A program made the translations under genes and the position numbers. 64,000 bases of DNA, taken from Cycas panzhihuaensis (lineage: Eukaryota > Plantae > Cycadophyta). Positions 25,201 through 39,660 of this stretch are shown piece after piece; the first letter of the stretch is position 1, and the number at the start of each line of letters is the position of its first letter. Below the pieces are notes generated by a model. It ran no database searches, was not told the DNA's origin, and saw only the letters and a list, made by a program, of their open reading frames with translations. The stretch is taken from the NCBI GenBank assembly GCA_023213395.1, contig CM041465.1:77321741-77385740 (forward strand), given 5' to 3'.

Positions 25201-26942
25201 TAACCTGTTGATGTGTTGCAAAGCCTATTGAAACAAATTTTGTATTCAGGAAGAGATTGCCTTGATTTAAAGTACTAGTACAGTGACCAAAAGAACATGT
25301 ATAAGTAACCTTTGATACCATTCATCCTTGTTTTGAAACTCTTGTAAGACCAATGAGAATACCCTAAGCTTAATTGATTTAGTAGTCCTTCAAGTTTCGA
25401 GATGGACTGTAGGAAAATTAAAAAAGGAATATCACCAGTAAAGGAATCTGTCAACATTCTTTCACAAAGCCCTAGCAAAATCTACCATGTACATGTCGAT
25501 TCAATGTTTGTATTAGATTTGGCTTCAACATTATATAAGATCAGAGTACTGCAATTGTGATTAATAGGAATGTTTGATATGCCAACTTATCATTTCCCTG
25601 CACATCTCCTCAATAATACAGTCAATTGGTTAAATCACAATATCAAAGTCCTTTGCCACGTCTTGCACTTATTCTCAATCCTCCCTTGGGTGCAGGTACC
25701 ATAATCTTCTGTTAGAGGTGGCTTAGATGGTTATCTCATTTGCAGCCATATGCCTCTCTTCACAGTTGTAAACCTTATGGTCAAACTTTTCTCCTGTGGC
25801 ACACAATAAGCATAGATGGCTACTCATTATGGACAACTGTGGACAATCTCAATGCAGTAGTAAAAAAGGTAGCTAACTTCAATAATTTTCTTTCACTCTC
25901 CTTCATTTTCATAGATGCATGTATCACAATCTATAAGTGGCTCCATTTGTATCACCCACACAGAGACTAATGGATGGATGGATTCTCCTTACATACTCAA
26001 GTGGTCACATTTCTATCATACTTGAGAGCTTCTTCTTCTCTTTCACATAGGGATTGACAGGGCTAGATTTGATTAGCGAGTTCTCTTTCCATCAATGGTT
26101 GGTAGTTGCCAACAAGATCTTTACACGTTACCTCAGTTGGGTGTTATCTCTTCCACACAACTAGGCCATGATATTCATTTTACGCAAGGTTCTTTGGTCC
26201 AAATAGATATAAATCAAATCCTTTTAATGGTATATGATGCAAACACGTTTACTTGATGGTGAAGATCAGGGTAAATGAAATTTCTGCAATGGAAAGACAA
26301 CAACAAAACTTCATGCAATGGTACTCACAAACAGAAATGGGCAGAGTACTATAAATCACTTCACGATATGATGCACAACTAGGGAAATACAAAATAGATG
26401 TAGGGTTACCTCAAATGAATTTGAAATGGTTTGAGACAACCTCAATCAGATTTCTTCTCCCACTACTTATGAATCCATGAATAGCTCTTCAACTAAAAAA
26501 TTTACAATAGACGAGCGCTAGCAGATAAACTCTCCCTCTAACCTACTCTGATACCATGTTAAGTTTTAACATGGAAAACATCTAATTCCAAATATAATCA
26601 CAAGATCAATAATCAAAGTATAATATGCATTTAATTAACATAAGCATAATTCTAATGCATCATAGACTCAACATGAGTCTCTATGATTACTTGATGACAT
26701 ATACTACCTCAACCACTTTTATATACAAAATAGGTGGGAGGACATACAAGACAAGTAATGCATGTGGGACAAATACCTTTATCTTAATCAATGACATTAC
26801 ACCAACTAACTTGACTACTGAGTTTTTATCTTCTCACATAATATTATAATGACTCTTAGACTCTAAGAATTAGGACTATGACTATTAATCTTAGGACACA
26901 CTTTATATAATCATACACAACATTAAATATTATATTCTAACA
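22253..26942 (-). mobile_element. Non-autonomous Ty1/copia derivative (TR-GAG-like, no pol)
   Basis: 386-bp LTRs 22253-22638 and 26557-26942 (~87% identical, TG...CA); perfect TSD TATTT (22248-22252 / 26943-26947); Met-tRNA PBS TGGTATCAGAG on minus at 26546-26556. Confidence 0.95.
22923..24075 (-). pseudogene. Gag N-terminus (DUF4219 / UBN2 start) fused to a 294-codon open acidic, repeat-containing tail
   Basis: IILPKYVNTNFLI*KIKMECIF...ESTNSANKA*NLLKEVYE leads into ORF 22923-23807, which contains DLIKxxEVxSICSFxxLVEVIS twice. Confidence 0.75.
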
Positions 26943-27213
26943 TATTTATCAATCAATATATCTATCTCTTAGGCTAATTATTTGTCTATTAGGTTAATAA
27001 TATCAATCCATTTATTTGTCAATTAATGTATCTATTTATTTTTGTATCAACTCATCCATCAATCTAATTATATAACTATTTATTATTTAAACTATTTTTT
27101 AATCTATCTATATATTTATTTATTCAATTTTTTAAATTATTCATAAATGTATTAATTTATCTATCTATATGTTTTAATAATCCATCTACTTAGGCTCTTT
27201 AATGATTGTGGTA

Positions 27214-27655
27214 ATACACTATGTAGATCACCAATGGAGGCAATATGTTATTTTGTGTATAGAATTATTAATTGAGACAGTAAATCGTATAGATCATTGA
27301 TGGAAGGAATACATTATTTCATGTATAGAATCATTAATTGAGGTAATACATTGTATAGATCATCGTATACTATGTAGATCACTAGTGGAGGAAACATGTT
27401 ATTTTATATATAAAATCATCGATTGAGGTAGTACATCTTGTAGATCATTAATGGAGGCAACACATTCTTTTATATATACAATTATCAATTGAGTTAGTAG
27501 ACCATATAGATTGTTAATAGGGACAATATATTATTTCATATATTAAATTATCGATTGAAGTAGTACATCATATAGATCATTGATGGGGGTAACATCTTAA
27601 TTATTTTGCATAAAATCATCGATTAAGATAGCATACTATGCAAATATATTTGTTG
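27214..27655 (+). repeat. Degenerate ~66-bp tandem array upstream of a PPT-like tract
   Basis: About 6 units of TAGATCA.TGATGGAGG.AA.A..TTATTT...ATA.AATCATC.ATTGAGGTAGTACAT; AAGGGGAGGAGAA at 27798-27810. Confidence 0.85.
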
Positions 27656-30053
27656 AGGTAATAGAGGGTTGTCTTCTTTCCTTGGGTGTATTATATAGGC
27701 ATTATTGAAATACATGAAGTAATATTGTTTTTATTTGTTAGTAACAAAAATGAAGTTATGATCGTAGACAAAAATAACATTGGGATGATGTCTTTGCAAG
27801 GGGAGGAGAATATAGTAGCCTAACAAAGGTTTCATAAATGTTTATTTAAATAATTGATTATGAATAATATGTATTATTTTTAACTCATTTTTAATAATGA
27901 ACATCTTTTTACAATAAAAAGTTATCATATGAAAGCTCTTATTGGAATTTGATTTGAAATTTTAATTTGGTATCTTATGCATTATCATGTCTTTATTATG
28001 GGTTCCTTTTGAATCATTTAACTATGGGGAATAAGCATCCTTCAACACATAGACATGTATCTTAACAATTATAAGATCTCATTATTAGAAGAGGTATTAG
28101 GACTTCATATCAAATATTTAAACATTAGATTGATTTCATTAAAGCCCATCTTTGAACAAGCATAGTGGAAGGACACCTCTAATGGAAATAAAGAGGACAT
28201 AAACTTTCTTACTGACTATATGGAATCCATAGTTAATATGACATAAAACTAGAAAAAGGGATCTATAGGCTAAGTGAGGGACCAATGCTTCTTCTACTTA
28301 TGGTTTGAAAATGATAGGCTCCCCTCCATTTTCTTACCTCTCAAACTATTTAGATAACCTTTTCAAATATTTACATAAAAAACAAATTAAGTTACACATA
28401 TTTTCATATTAAAAAAACTATCTTAAAGTACATGGTTAAAAAGAAATAATAATATTTGAAAAAATAAATAAATTAGGTGTTTAACTACTGAGGCATATGC
28501 ATTTAAATAATTATGAATCTATTCATAAATGTAATATATGAAAATATTAGCCATTAAAGAGTATATAAAATCTCATGTATTAATATCCTATGGAATTTAC
28601 GTTTATAAAAATAATTTAATATAAAATTCTTTTAGAAGCATAAACATCTCACATAAATATTTCCCAATAAAACTATTCCTAGATAATGAAAGAGAAGATT
28701 TATATCTAGAATATCAAGTTAATAGAGGAGGAGATGGAATATCAACCATGATATGTTGTTTTAATATTTATTATTAATTAGGTGTATGAATAATATAGAT
28801 GTGCATATGTTCTTTTAAAAAAAGGGATGACATTCGATCCTGTAGGGGGGGCATGGTGACCATAGAGTATGAATTAAAGTGAATATAGAAATTATTCCAC
28901 TTGCCTTATCTTTATCCTCTTCAATTTAGAACGCTTGTCATGAATTTCTACTACTTGCTTACTCACATAATGGGAAATTTCAAGTATCCATCTATTACTT
29001 ATCATCTTCATCATCCTTTATAAAGAAACCATCTCAAAATTCTATAGACATTGATAAATTTGGATGGCCCTTAAAGCAACAAAGGTGGAACTTAGAAGAC
29101 TTGCTTAAATTTAATGATAGTAATCTTATTTGGGGGTTCAAACTCAGGTAAGATGAAGCTTAGAGAACTCCAAATTATAGAGGAATACATAATGGTCCCT
29201 TTCATTCTATTACATTCATTCGCTAAATTTGTCCATTGAAATTAAAAGTTAGCGAAATAGGTCATAAGGAAGTGGAAAGATCTTGTGGATGAGTGGGTTA
29301 ATATTATAGGTGAAGTCATAACTACTACAACTATATATGGTGACTCTCCTTAAGGTGGTGCCATAATTTCCACACAAAATATTTTATTAAAATACTAGAG
29401 CTCTAATTATTTCTCATCACTAGATGGAAGAGATAGTGATTACAATGGAAACAAGATGAATATTGAAACAAACTCAAGGATAGAGAGAGTAAAGCAAATT
29501 TTTTAGAGTTATGACAATAACATAAAAGTTAATAACTAAGCTTCTTATGAATATACTTAGCTAAATAGAGTTGATAGTGAAATAAGGAAAGGGCAGGTAA
29601 AGCAAAAGTTATTAGTTTTAAAATTTGGTTTGACATAAAACGTATTTGATTTTGAGTAGCTTGCATCAATAAAACAAAAAAAAAAATCTTCAAGAAAAGT
29701 ATTGGGAGTTTAAAATGCCAAAATGGAAGGGACTATTCAAGTGATGGAGTTGTAAAACCTTCTTGATGGGTTTGTAATTCTATGACAAAAATAAAGTAGC
29801 TCAAGTGAATCTAACTAAAACATTAACATCTTTCTTTTGTAAATTTTTATCATTTAATTTCAAATGATAGTAAAAATTGAAAATTAAGTTTTTACAATAC
29901 CAAAAATATACAAATTCAATGTCTTTGGCCATCCAAAAATTCTAGCTATCATCCCTTAAAATTAAGAAACTAACTTGGAGTGAAAAATCTCTCAAATAAA
30001 AAGCTTTCTATTTTTAGTAAAACTTTAACTATTACTAGTTTTAATAAAGTTTT

Positions 30054-30536
30054 AAAAGTTTTCAAACTCACTTAATTGACCAATGGATAACTAAATATGT
30101 CATAAGCCCCATATAAATATAATTAGCAAAAAATTAATCACCTATCTAAGGAAAGCAATACCTATAAATTTTTACAAAATTAAAAAAGATTAAATTAACA
30201 TTTTGGGCACCCAAATGATGTATTTTGAGCCTAATAATAATTTGTAATGCAAAAAAGGTAGTGGAATTACTTTGGAGCTCATGTAACTTTTTGAGACAGG
30301 GTCGTTTAAAAGTTCTCAAATTCACTTAATTGACCTATGGGTAGCTAAACATATTATGAGCCCCATATAAATATAATTAACAAAAAATTAATCACCTAAC
30401 TAAGGAAATCAATACTTGCAAATTTTTACAAAACTTAAAAAATAATTAAATTAAAAATTTGGGCATCCATATGATGTATTTTAAGCCTAAAAATAATTTG
30501 TGCTATAAAAAAAGTAGTGGAACTATTTTGGAGCTT
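30054..30536. repeat. Diverged ~254-bp tandem duplication inside the CRM-like 3' LTR
   Basis: 30054-30280 vs 30308-30536 (GCCCCATATAAATATAATTA...AATTAATCACCTA...GTAGTGGAA...TTTTGGAGCT). Confidence 0.9.
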
Positions 30537-33510
30537 GAGATAGTGGTTTTCATATGTGATAGTTTTTACTTTTATTCATATGGAAAAAGTTATGCCAATT
30601 CTAGTAAATAACATTTCCTAGATGCTTTTGCATTATCCTCCCCTATTCGAAAAGAGCTCAACTCTTTTGAGTTGTTATGTTAGAACTCTTACCACTTGTT
30701 AATATTGAGTTTCTTTAATTCACATTAAAAAATTCAAGTATTATCATCATATTGTAGCCCCTTCTATTAAACTAAATACTTATCATATATTTGTAGGCTA
30801 TTTTCTTATCTAGTACTAGCTTAATCTTTTCCCTCTTCTTCTTAGGTAATTATTGTTTCTAATTCACCTCTTTTACCTCATCATCTCCTTCATGGAAATC
30901 ATACAAATCATAAACATTAAATATATATGATCTATCAAAGTCATGAGGTAGATTTATCTCATATGTAGTATACATATTTTTATTTTAGCTTGTTATATAT
31001 ACTTTAAGGAAATCTGTCTTTTTTTAAATACACCATCACCAAGTCCCCCTCTACAAATACCTTGCTTCACCTATTTAAATTTGTTGTTCATTATTATCTT
31101 ATAATTTTCTCCTCATCTCATTGTGCACCTACTACATGTGTTTTGTAAAGGCTTTTGTGTCATCATTTATCCTGTTATTAATAAATAAGTGGGGCATATA
31201 TAATACTCCTTTAGAATTATTTTTTTACAAAATATAAAATCGTGACTTATTTATAGATCTATTTATAAAGATAATATAGGCAAATTTAACATGTACTAGT
31301 GCCAAATCCTACTACTTGGGTTTTTCCTTATTAATAGATCCCAATAAGTTTTTCAAACTCCTATTTACCACCTTTATATATCTATCAGTTTGTGGGTGCT
31401 AAGCACTACTGAATTATAGATTTGTCCCTTTTTTTTTTATAATATTTTTAAGAAATAGCTTTAAAATTTGATATCTCAGTTTGAAGTGATATTCTTCAGC
31501 ACCTCATAAAACCCAATAATCTACTTGAAAAATAAATTTGTTATAGTTATTACATCACTAGTCTTTCTATAAGTAATAAGATGAGCTAATTTTGAGAATC
31601 TATCAATAAAAAATATGTAATCATGACCTCATTGGGTGTTAGGTAACCCCAATATAAAATTTATATTCAAATCTATGCATGGTCCCTATGGAACTAGTAA
31701 TGACATATATAGTCCAGTATGTTGTCTGTGCCCCTTAGCTATCTAACAAATCATATACCTTGCCATATGTTTTGTAATATTCCACTTCATCTTTCACCAA
31801 AAGTATTTTTTTCTCCATTAAGGCTATGGTTTTATTTTTGCTAAAGTGTCCTCTAAGTCATCCACTATGTAATTTCCTTATGTTATCCCTTATAAACCTA
31901 ATTGAAATACCTAATTGAAATATATAATTTATTTTTTTAAACAAGTGTCCATCTTATATAAAGTAGTCATCATATTCATACCTATTTCCATTAGTTAATG
32001 GATTTTTGTAATGTATTCTAACTCTATTAAAATCTAGATTCCTACCATATAAATCCTATAAAGTTTTAAATTTAATTATTTCAATTACCATAGTGGTTAA
32101 TAGTGCTACACTTATACTTAGTACATCAACAATTTGATTTTATTTTTTTAATTTGTGCTTTAAGATGAAAGTAAATCCCTACAGATATAATGCTCATTTT
32201 GCATGATTGATATTCAATTTTTTCTATGTGTTTATATATCTTAATACTGAATGGTCTGTAAATAGGATAAATTAATTAGGCACAAATTAGTTTTTTCCAT
32301 GCATCAATGCTTACGTAATAACATATAACTCTGTGGTAGAATATTTCTTTCTCACTTCGTTTAACTTCTTACTATAATATGTTATTGGTCTTACTTTTTG
32401 ACTTTACATGGCCCTAATAGCTACATGAGAAGCATCATAGTCAACCTCAAATATCTTCTTAAAATTTGGTAGTACCAACATAAATGCCTTTATTAGCTTG
32501 AAACTCTACTTTATTACTTTATTTTAGACAAACTCCTTTCCTTTAGTATAACATGTCATGGGAGTAATAATATCACTAAAATTTTTAATGAACTTTTTAT
32601 AAAATATAGTCAAACCATGGAATATTCTCATCTTTAGTATATTCATAAGTGTAGGCCATTCAATAATGTCTTTAATTTTTTTCTCATCCATTTATGGTCC
32701 ATTCTAGGATATTAGAAATCCCAAAAATATTAGTCTACTTTGTATAAAATTATATTTTTTTAAGTTCATATATAATTTTTCTACTCTTAATACATTAGAC
32801 ACCATCCTTAAGTGTAAAAGGTGCTCCTCTTCAATTTTATTATATATCAAAATACCATGATAATAGAAAAGTGTAAATTTTCTAATATATGGTCATATAA
32901 TGATGTTCATTAATCTCATGAATGTACTTGTGGCATTTAATATCTCGAATGTCATGACTAGCCATTTACATAGTCCATCAATTATTTAAAGGCTATCTTC
33001 CATTTGTCCCTTTCTTTAATTCAAATATGATAATAATTATTTTTCAAGCCAATTTTGGTGAAATAAGATGCACTTATTATTTGATTATAATTTTATTAGT
33101 TGCTATATTGGAATATAATGCACATTTATCTTTTGAAATAAAATTGGCTAAGTTAAAGGTTATATTTAATTGGTTAATATAAAGGATAATTATTATTAGA
33201 TGCAAGTGACGCAAATGATTTCACATATTTCTACAACATAATTATATAAAGATATAATAGGTGAGTTGTGTTACAAATGATTATTTAAGACCATAATAGA
33301 AATATTGTGATGTTATTCTATTGCTCATGGGAAAAGATATCCTATCGTTAAATTTTTAACATGGTATTAGAGCAATGATAGAGACAAGAAGTTGAAACAA
33401 AGAGACATTATGAGATGCTATTTGAGTGATGATTGCTAGTTACATTATCTCAGTTTAAGTCTATTTAGTAAGTTAAAAGTTTGGTTATTTTTATTAGAAA
33501 TAAATTTTAA

Positions 33511-33974
33511 TGTTATTTTTGTAAAGTTGAAATTATAATTTATCAATGTATTATTATTATTCAATTATATAGTTCGGTGAAATAGACAACCACCTATTTC
33601 AATGAAATTTTATCTTCTTTATTTTAGAATCTTTTCTATATTTTAGGAGGGTTAGGTTGGGTTGATAATTTTATACATAGGAAGGAGATTAAGGTTGGCT
33701 AGTTTGTCTAATAAAGAAGAGAGAGGATGAGTTCTTCATTAATATCAAATCATGTATTTGTTCTATTATTACTATTATAAAATTATTATATTTAGAGGTG
33801 GTTTTTTCCTCTAAAGGGGTTTTTCACCTGTCAATTTTTATGTAAATATGTAATTGATTTTATGTTTATGCCTATGTTTAATTCTTGATATCCTGTCTCT
33901 TATAATTTTCATATTTTAATTATTTTATGATATATTATTACTACTTTAAGTCAGTCACTAAGGGTTCCATAACA
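33511..33974 (+). repeat. Possible solo LTR abutting the left LTR of copia B
   Basis: TGTTAT...ATAACA termini and an internal GGGGTTTTTCAC motif; no matching TSD. Confidence 0.3.
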
Positions 33975-34480
33975 AAATAAAATGCAGGAGAATAGGGCAG
34001 AACATAAAAGAATAAATCAATACATCATTGTTGCACAAATATGAGAGTCATTGTATTCAATCTATTTTGTGAAGAAAGTAGTACAAATGTTCACAATGAA
34101 GGTGGTGTCTAAAGACACCAGGGTTGTACACTCTTCAAATTATATAGTTTAGGGGAGGGGGATATTCTTCAACCCTTAAAATTTAAATAACAATCAAATA
34201 ATATAAATTTAACTTAAAATAAATTTAATTTAAATCAATTAAATTTACTTTATACTTACTTACACATGTTGAGCACTCGCATGTGTAAATTAATAAAGAT
34301 GAGGTGTACACTCCTGGTTGGAAGGTGGGAGAGGGCTAATGAGCATTAACCTTAATATTGTCTTCCTTAATGATCATCATGAACAATGTATTCTCTTTAA
34401 ATGTGTAGAATTTATATTTGAAAAAAATTTTAAAATTCTGTTTCTTAACTTGATCTTTATCAACTTATTTCATCTTTTTA

Positions 34481-35052
34481 CTAATGTAGATATGTTTGAT
34501 TCAAAAGTGTATGTACAATTGTAATTTTGATTTTGATTTCTAGAATTTTAATTTTGTCTTTTATAGTCTTTATGCTGTGAGGAGCTGTCATATCATCATA
34601 TCTCTTCGCTATCATATCATAACATTCATTCTCCCCTTCAAATGGAGGATCAGGTTCTTGTACAACAAGATGATCATGCATTTGATTTGTATCTTCTTTG
34701 GTCTTTTCATTATAATCTAACAATTCTGACACCTATCTCACATGTTCAACAAAATCAACGTTAAATACATTGAGGGTATCTCTCCTATAAATGGAAATTA
34801 AAATATCCCATACGTATTTAGAAGTAATTAATTTACAAATTTTAGAAAAGACATCATCATTTATAGTGTAAAATATTAAAGTTAAAGTTTTATTGTATTT
34901 TTTGATATTTTTTTTAATATTAACATCATAGTCATCTTTTAAGTAAGTCTAAAGATCATGCGTAATAAAATAAATTTTCATAGTTTTATACCATAGCAAA
35001 AAATTATGGTAATCAAATGTAAAAAATTATACTTGATCAAGATTGATTATCA
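34481..35052 (-). pseudogene. Truncated Gag N-terminus plus short acidic tail (copia B)
   Basis: MIINLDQV*FFTFDYHNFLLWYKTMK...LIFYTINDDVFSKICKLITSKYVWDILISIY, then non-Gag QEPDPPFEGENE. Confidence 0.75.
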
Positions 35053-35849
35053 TTTTTCAGAAAAATTTTAGTACATAAAAGCATATGTTTTTATTAAGTC
35101 AAAAAAAGGTCAATAAATCAATGAACATATATGATTTCAAATAAATTTTCTAAAAGAAATGTAATGCTCTTTGAAAAATGAATGTAAATAAAGAAATGAT
35201 TTTTTAAATAAAGATGAATAAAAAATGTCTTTTAAATAAATGATAAAGTTATAAGATTTAATTTTAAATAGAATTTAAAATATGATGAATATATAAGCAA
35301 ATTTGAAGTGTAACAAATATCTTCTTAAATATGTAAATTTGAAATAAGATTTTAGTTTTTTAATTTTTTAAATAAATAGGTACAAATTTTTAATATCAGA
35401 AAATAAATTTTCTTTGATGAAAATATATAATGCTGAAACTGAAATATATATGAGTATTTTTACTTTGAAATATAAAGAATATTAAGAAATGTTTAAATAA
35501 AAATTAACTGTACTTAGTTTAGTTATAGGTCCACTTAGTTTGTCACTTGTTTGCAATCACTTTCTATTACAAATTAACTTAAAAAATATTTAAATAAAAG
35601 TCAAATGAAAATTTTAAATATATAGTATAAGTGAACAATATAAAATAAAATGAAAAACTCTTTAAAGGAAAGGTTTAGAAGATAAGCTCAAGTTTATCAG
35701 TTTTAAATCTATACTAAATAATATCAGAATGAGGTGAAATTACACTAATATGAAAATTAATGAAAAAATTATTCAATGGAACAGATCGTTTTGAAAACGG
35801 GTTCTTATAAGTCAATATTTTGATGCTTCAAAGGTATAGGCTTCTTTTT

Positions 35850-38679
35850 TCTTGGCGTTGATTCCAAAGAAGGAGGGAGTAGAAGCCATGGAAGACTTCA
35901 GACCGATTAGTCTATGCAACGTCAAATACAAGATATTGGCTAAAGTGCTGGCAAACCGTTTGAGAGAGTATCTCCTAGAGATTATTTCTCCAAATCAGGA
36001 CGGGTTTGTGAAAGGAAGATAAATTTCGGACGGTATTATAATTGTCCATGAGATCCTGCATTCGACGATGAACCGTAAGGAAGCGGGGATGATCATTAAA
36101 ACAGATATGTCCAAAGCCTATGATCAGGTGGCTTGGGACTGTATGATGGAGTGTCTTGAGGCTTTTGGTTTCGGAGAGGTTTAGAGGAAGTGGATGAGAT
36201 GTTGTATTTCTGGAGTTTCCTTCTCGGTAATTATAAATGGAAGGTTGACTCCCTTCTTTGTCGGATCGAGGGGTTTGAGGCAAGGTGACCCCCTTTCCCC
36301 CTTCTTGTTCATTATCATGGCTGAAATGTTAGGTAGGGCTTCGATGGAGGCCCAGAGGTTAGGGAGGATAACAGGCTTGAGAGCCTCTTCCTATCTAGAT
36401 AATATTGTGCTTCATCAGTTTGTAGATGATAATATTTTTCTATGCAGAGCCTCAGTGGGGGAGGCTAAGGCCTTAAAATTGGGTTTACAGGCATATGAAA
36501 AGGCTACAAACCAAAAAATAAATTTGAACAAAAGCGCGGTCTTTTTTATTAATACTCCAGAGAGGCTACAGGGAAAGATAAGCAAAATTTTGGAGATGGA
36601 TAGAGGCTCTCTCCCCAGCTCTTACCTTGGTATGCCTCTCTTTGTAGGAAAGTTGGGGAAGGAAATGTGGGACCTAGTAGTGAGTAGGTTCAACAGGAAA
36701 CTGGCTGGATGGAAAGGGGCCCTCCTCAGTTGGGCTGGGAAAATACAGTTATTCGTGGCTTCTTTGCAGAGTATCCCGGTCTATCAAATGATAGTCTTCA
36801 AAATACCGAGCAAGGTTATCTCTACCTTGGAAGGAATCATGAAGAGATTTCTATGGTCGGGTGTTGAAGATAAAAGGAGATTTCACCTAATGTCATGGGA
36901 AAAGGTCTGCAGGCCTAAGTGGGCGGGAGGTCTCAGCATTAGAAGGCTGGGCTTTTTTAACGAGGCTCTTTTGGCAAAGACGGGGTGGAGACTCACTAAA
37001 GAGGCTAGGTTAGCATGGGGGAAAATCATAGCAAGGAAGTATCTGGGGGATAATCACTTTCTTCTAGAGTAGGGGCTTTGTTTGGAGGGGTCCCAGGTTT
37101 GGAGAGCTATCAGGTCCTCGAGATCTCTTCTTCGTGAAGGTATGCATTGGAAGTTGGGGGACGGCAAAAGCATAAGGTTTTGGGAAGATAGATGGTGCGT
37201 ACATTTTAAATTCAAAGAGATGCCTAACATCGGGATCATAAAGAGGGAATGTGTAAGTCGTTTTGGTCCCTTTGTCAAGAATTATTGGGTAGGGGTAGGG
37301 AAGGATAGGAAGTGGAGATCGTTTGAGGAAGTGCTTGGCCTTGAAGAGGTGATCGCTAGGGTGAAAGAGATCTTAGATAACTAGTATATCCCGAAGAGGT
37401 CAGTTCCAGACTCCCTGATATGGCCTTCTGTGCCTTCGGGATCATATACGGTTAAAGCTGGTTATAACCTAAGAATGAGCAGAGAGGGCTGGGACAGGAA
37501 CGACATGTTAGCTAGGGTTTGGAAGATGGGGGTGCTTCCAAAAATTGCAGCCTTTTAGTGGTTATGCCTCCAAAACAAATTACTTACATTGGATAATCTT
37601 TTGAAGAGGGGCTTCTATTTGGTGAGTAGATGTGTACTTTGTAAGTTGGCTGCAGAAATCCTGGACCACCTCTGTATTCACTGTCCCTATTCGGAGGGCA
37701 TTTGGAGTGCTTTATGGACTGGGATGGGGATAGCTTGGGTCTCTTCATACTCCCTGGGCGAGCAGTGGTCAGCTTGGAGTTCTCCCTTTAAAAGTAAAAT
37801 CCTTTCTAGATTATGGAAGATGATCCTTCCGGTAGGCTCCTGGTTCATTTGGAAGGAACAAAATAGGAGGATCTTCGAAGATAAAGAGAAGGATAGTCAG
37901 GTGTTGCTGAAAGAGATCAGAAAAGCCATCACAGAAATGATGGATGAATTAAAGGAGGATAGGATTCCCAGAGGGGAAGAAGATATTATTAAAGAAAGGG
38001 GTTTAGTTCCCCTGAATGGCATTAAAACAAGGAGAAGAGATGTTAAGTGGCATCCTCCAGATGCATCATGGGTAAAAGTCAATTTTGATGGTGCTGCTAA
38101 AGGCAACCCCGGTGAGGCGGGAGGGGGAGGCCTCTGTAGGGACCATGGAGGCAATTTAAGGTGGGTGTTTGCGGAATACTTGGGGGTTCAATCGAACCAG
38201 AAAGCTGAGGTTCGGGCTATGTTGAGGGCCACTTTTCTTATAGAGGAGGAAAGTGGGCAAAAGGTGATATTAGAAGGGGATTCAATGTATGCTATAAAAT
38301 GCTTGAGAGGGGAAGCGGATCCTGGATGGAAAAACAGAGATATTTTTAGGGATATCCAAGATGTTTTGGGCGCCAGAGCTGAGGTTCAGATCCAGCATAC
38401 TTTTAGAGAAGGAAATTCGGTAGCAGATTGGTTGGCAAATTGGGCAGTGATTAATAAAAGAACAAAAGTCTGGAAAGAGGAGTTCCTGGAGGAGTTCACG
38501 AGAGTCGAGGCGGATGATGCACAGATGGGAGTGGTAACATGAGAAGAAGATCAGAATTTGGGCTAGACCATGGGCCTGTCATGGTTAGTTTTTCTTAGCT
38601 GTACGGCCTTGATGTACCGGGTTTGGGGACCTAGTCAAAACCCCCTGTAATTCTATTTTACCTTATCAAAAAAAAAAAA
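35850..38679 (+). mobile_element. 5'-truncated L1 LINE (RT - zf-RVT - RNase H), relatively young, inserted in copia B
   Basis: Up to 20-bp TSD AAAGGTATAGGCTTCTTTTT (35830-35849 / 38680-38699); poly(A) from 38668; one frame with only nonsense stops, ending at 38542; WVKVNFDGAAKGNPG..EGDS..HTFREGNSVADWLAN. Confidence 0.97.
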
Positions 38680-39660
38680 AAAGGTATAGGCTTCTTTTTA
38701 AGGTATAACAAGAACAGGGGGTTTAAAATAGTATAAAAATGCTAATAAAATTTTATAGAATGTTGTAAAAAGATTAAATACATATTAGAGAGATGTTTAA
38801 TATCTTTTCAATTGAAAAATTTAAAAGATACTATATATAAAATATGTAATAATGCTAGATTGGAGGTTATTAAGTACATTTATTTTAATATTTTTAAAAA
38901 TCTATAAAAATATTTTAAAAGTTATAAATAATAGTTTCAATTCGAAGAGGAGTGAGTCAATTTCTCAATGAAACTAACAAAACTGAATTCTAATGTAAAA
39001 TAGAAAAGTTATAGTAAAATTGACGACAAGTACTTTTATGGTAAAAGGTTTAAAAAGTGTTAAAAAAGACTAAAATGTTATTTTGGTTGATTAAAATAAT
39101 AATTAAAATAAATTTTAAAAAATTAGATAAATAGATGGTAGTCAAGTTTGGTGAGAGTAGATGATTACAAAATAAATCTGGGTAGAAAATAAATTTTCAG
39201 TGATAAAATATAATTTATTAAAAAAGTGATTTTGTAAAATAAGTTCAAAATATTTAAAAAATTGATGTCTGAATTTAAATTGACTGAAAATGGGTCAAAT
39301 CAGTTTTAAATTAGTCATATGACCAGTCGAAAGAAATCTATAGAAAAAATTTGATGCAATGGGATAGTTTTCATCAGAAATTGATGACCCAGTGAAACGT
39401 TATGGCAAAAAAATGGTAGGTATTCTATATAAAATGAAAAATAAAAAAACATAAAAAAAAAAAAAAAAAAAAAAGTTATAAAGTTATGATCCCCTTTTTA
39501 AAACTAATTAAGGGTCACTTGAGAATGAATGTGACCAGGGGTTAGAGTCTTGAAGAAGGCTAATACTTAAAAATGTGGATTTAAAATTTTATGTAATTTA
39601 TTTTAATTTTTTTAAAATTTATAAAAAAATAAAGAATAAAAATAAAATTTTGAATACAAA

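Noticed and set aside
27214-27655. CRISPR-like repeat/spacer appearance (also 41780-42310 and 59545-59930)
   Set aside because: Units are degenerate along their whole length with no unique spacers; no cas genes; eukaryotic TE context.
39360-39400. CTGATGA on minus as a possible hammerhead ribozyme core
   Set aside because: No flanking stems or correctly placed GAAA; it is part of the AT-rich module.
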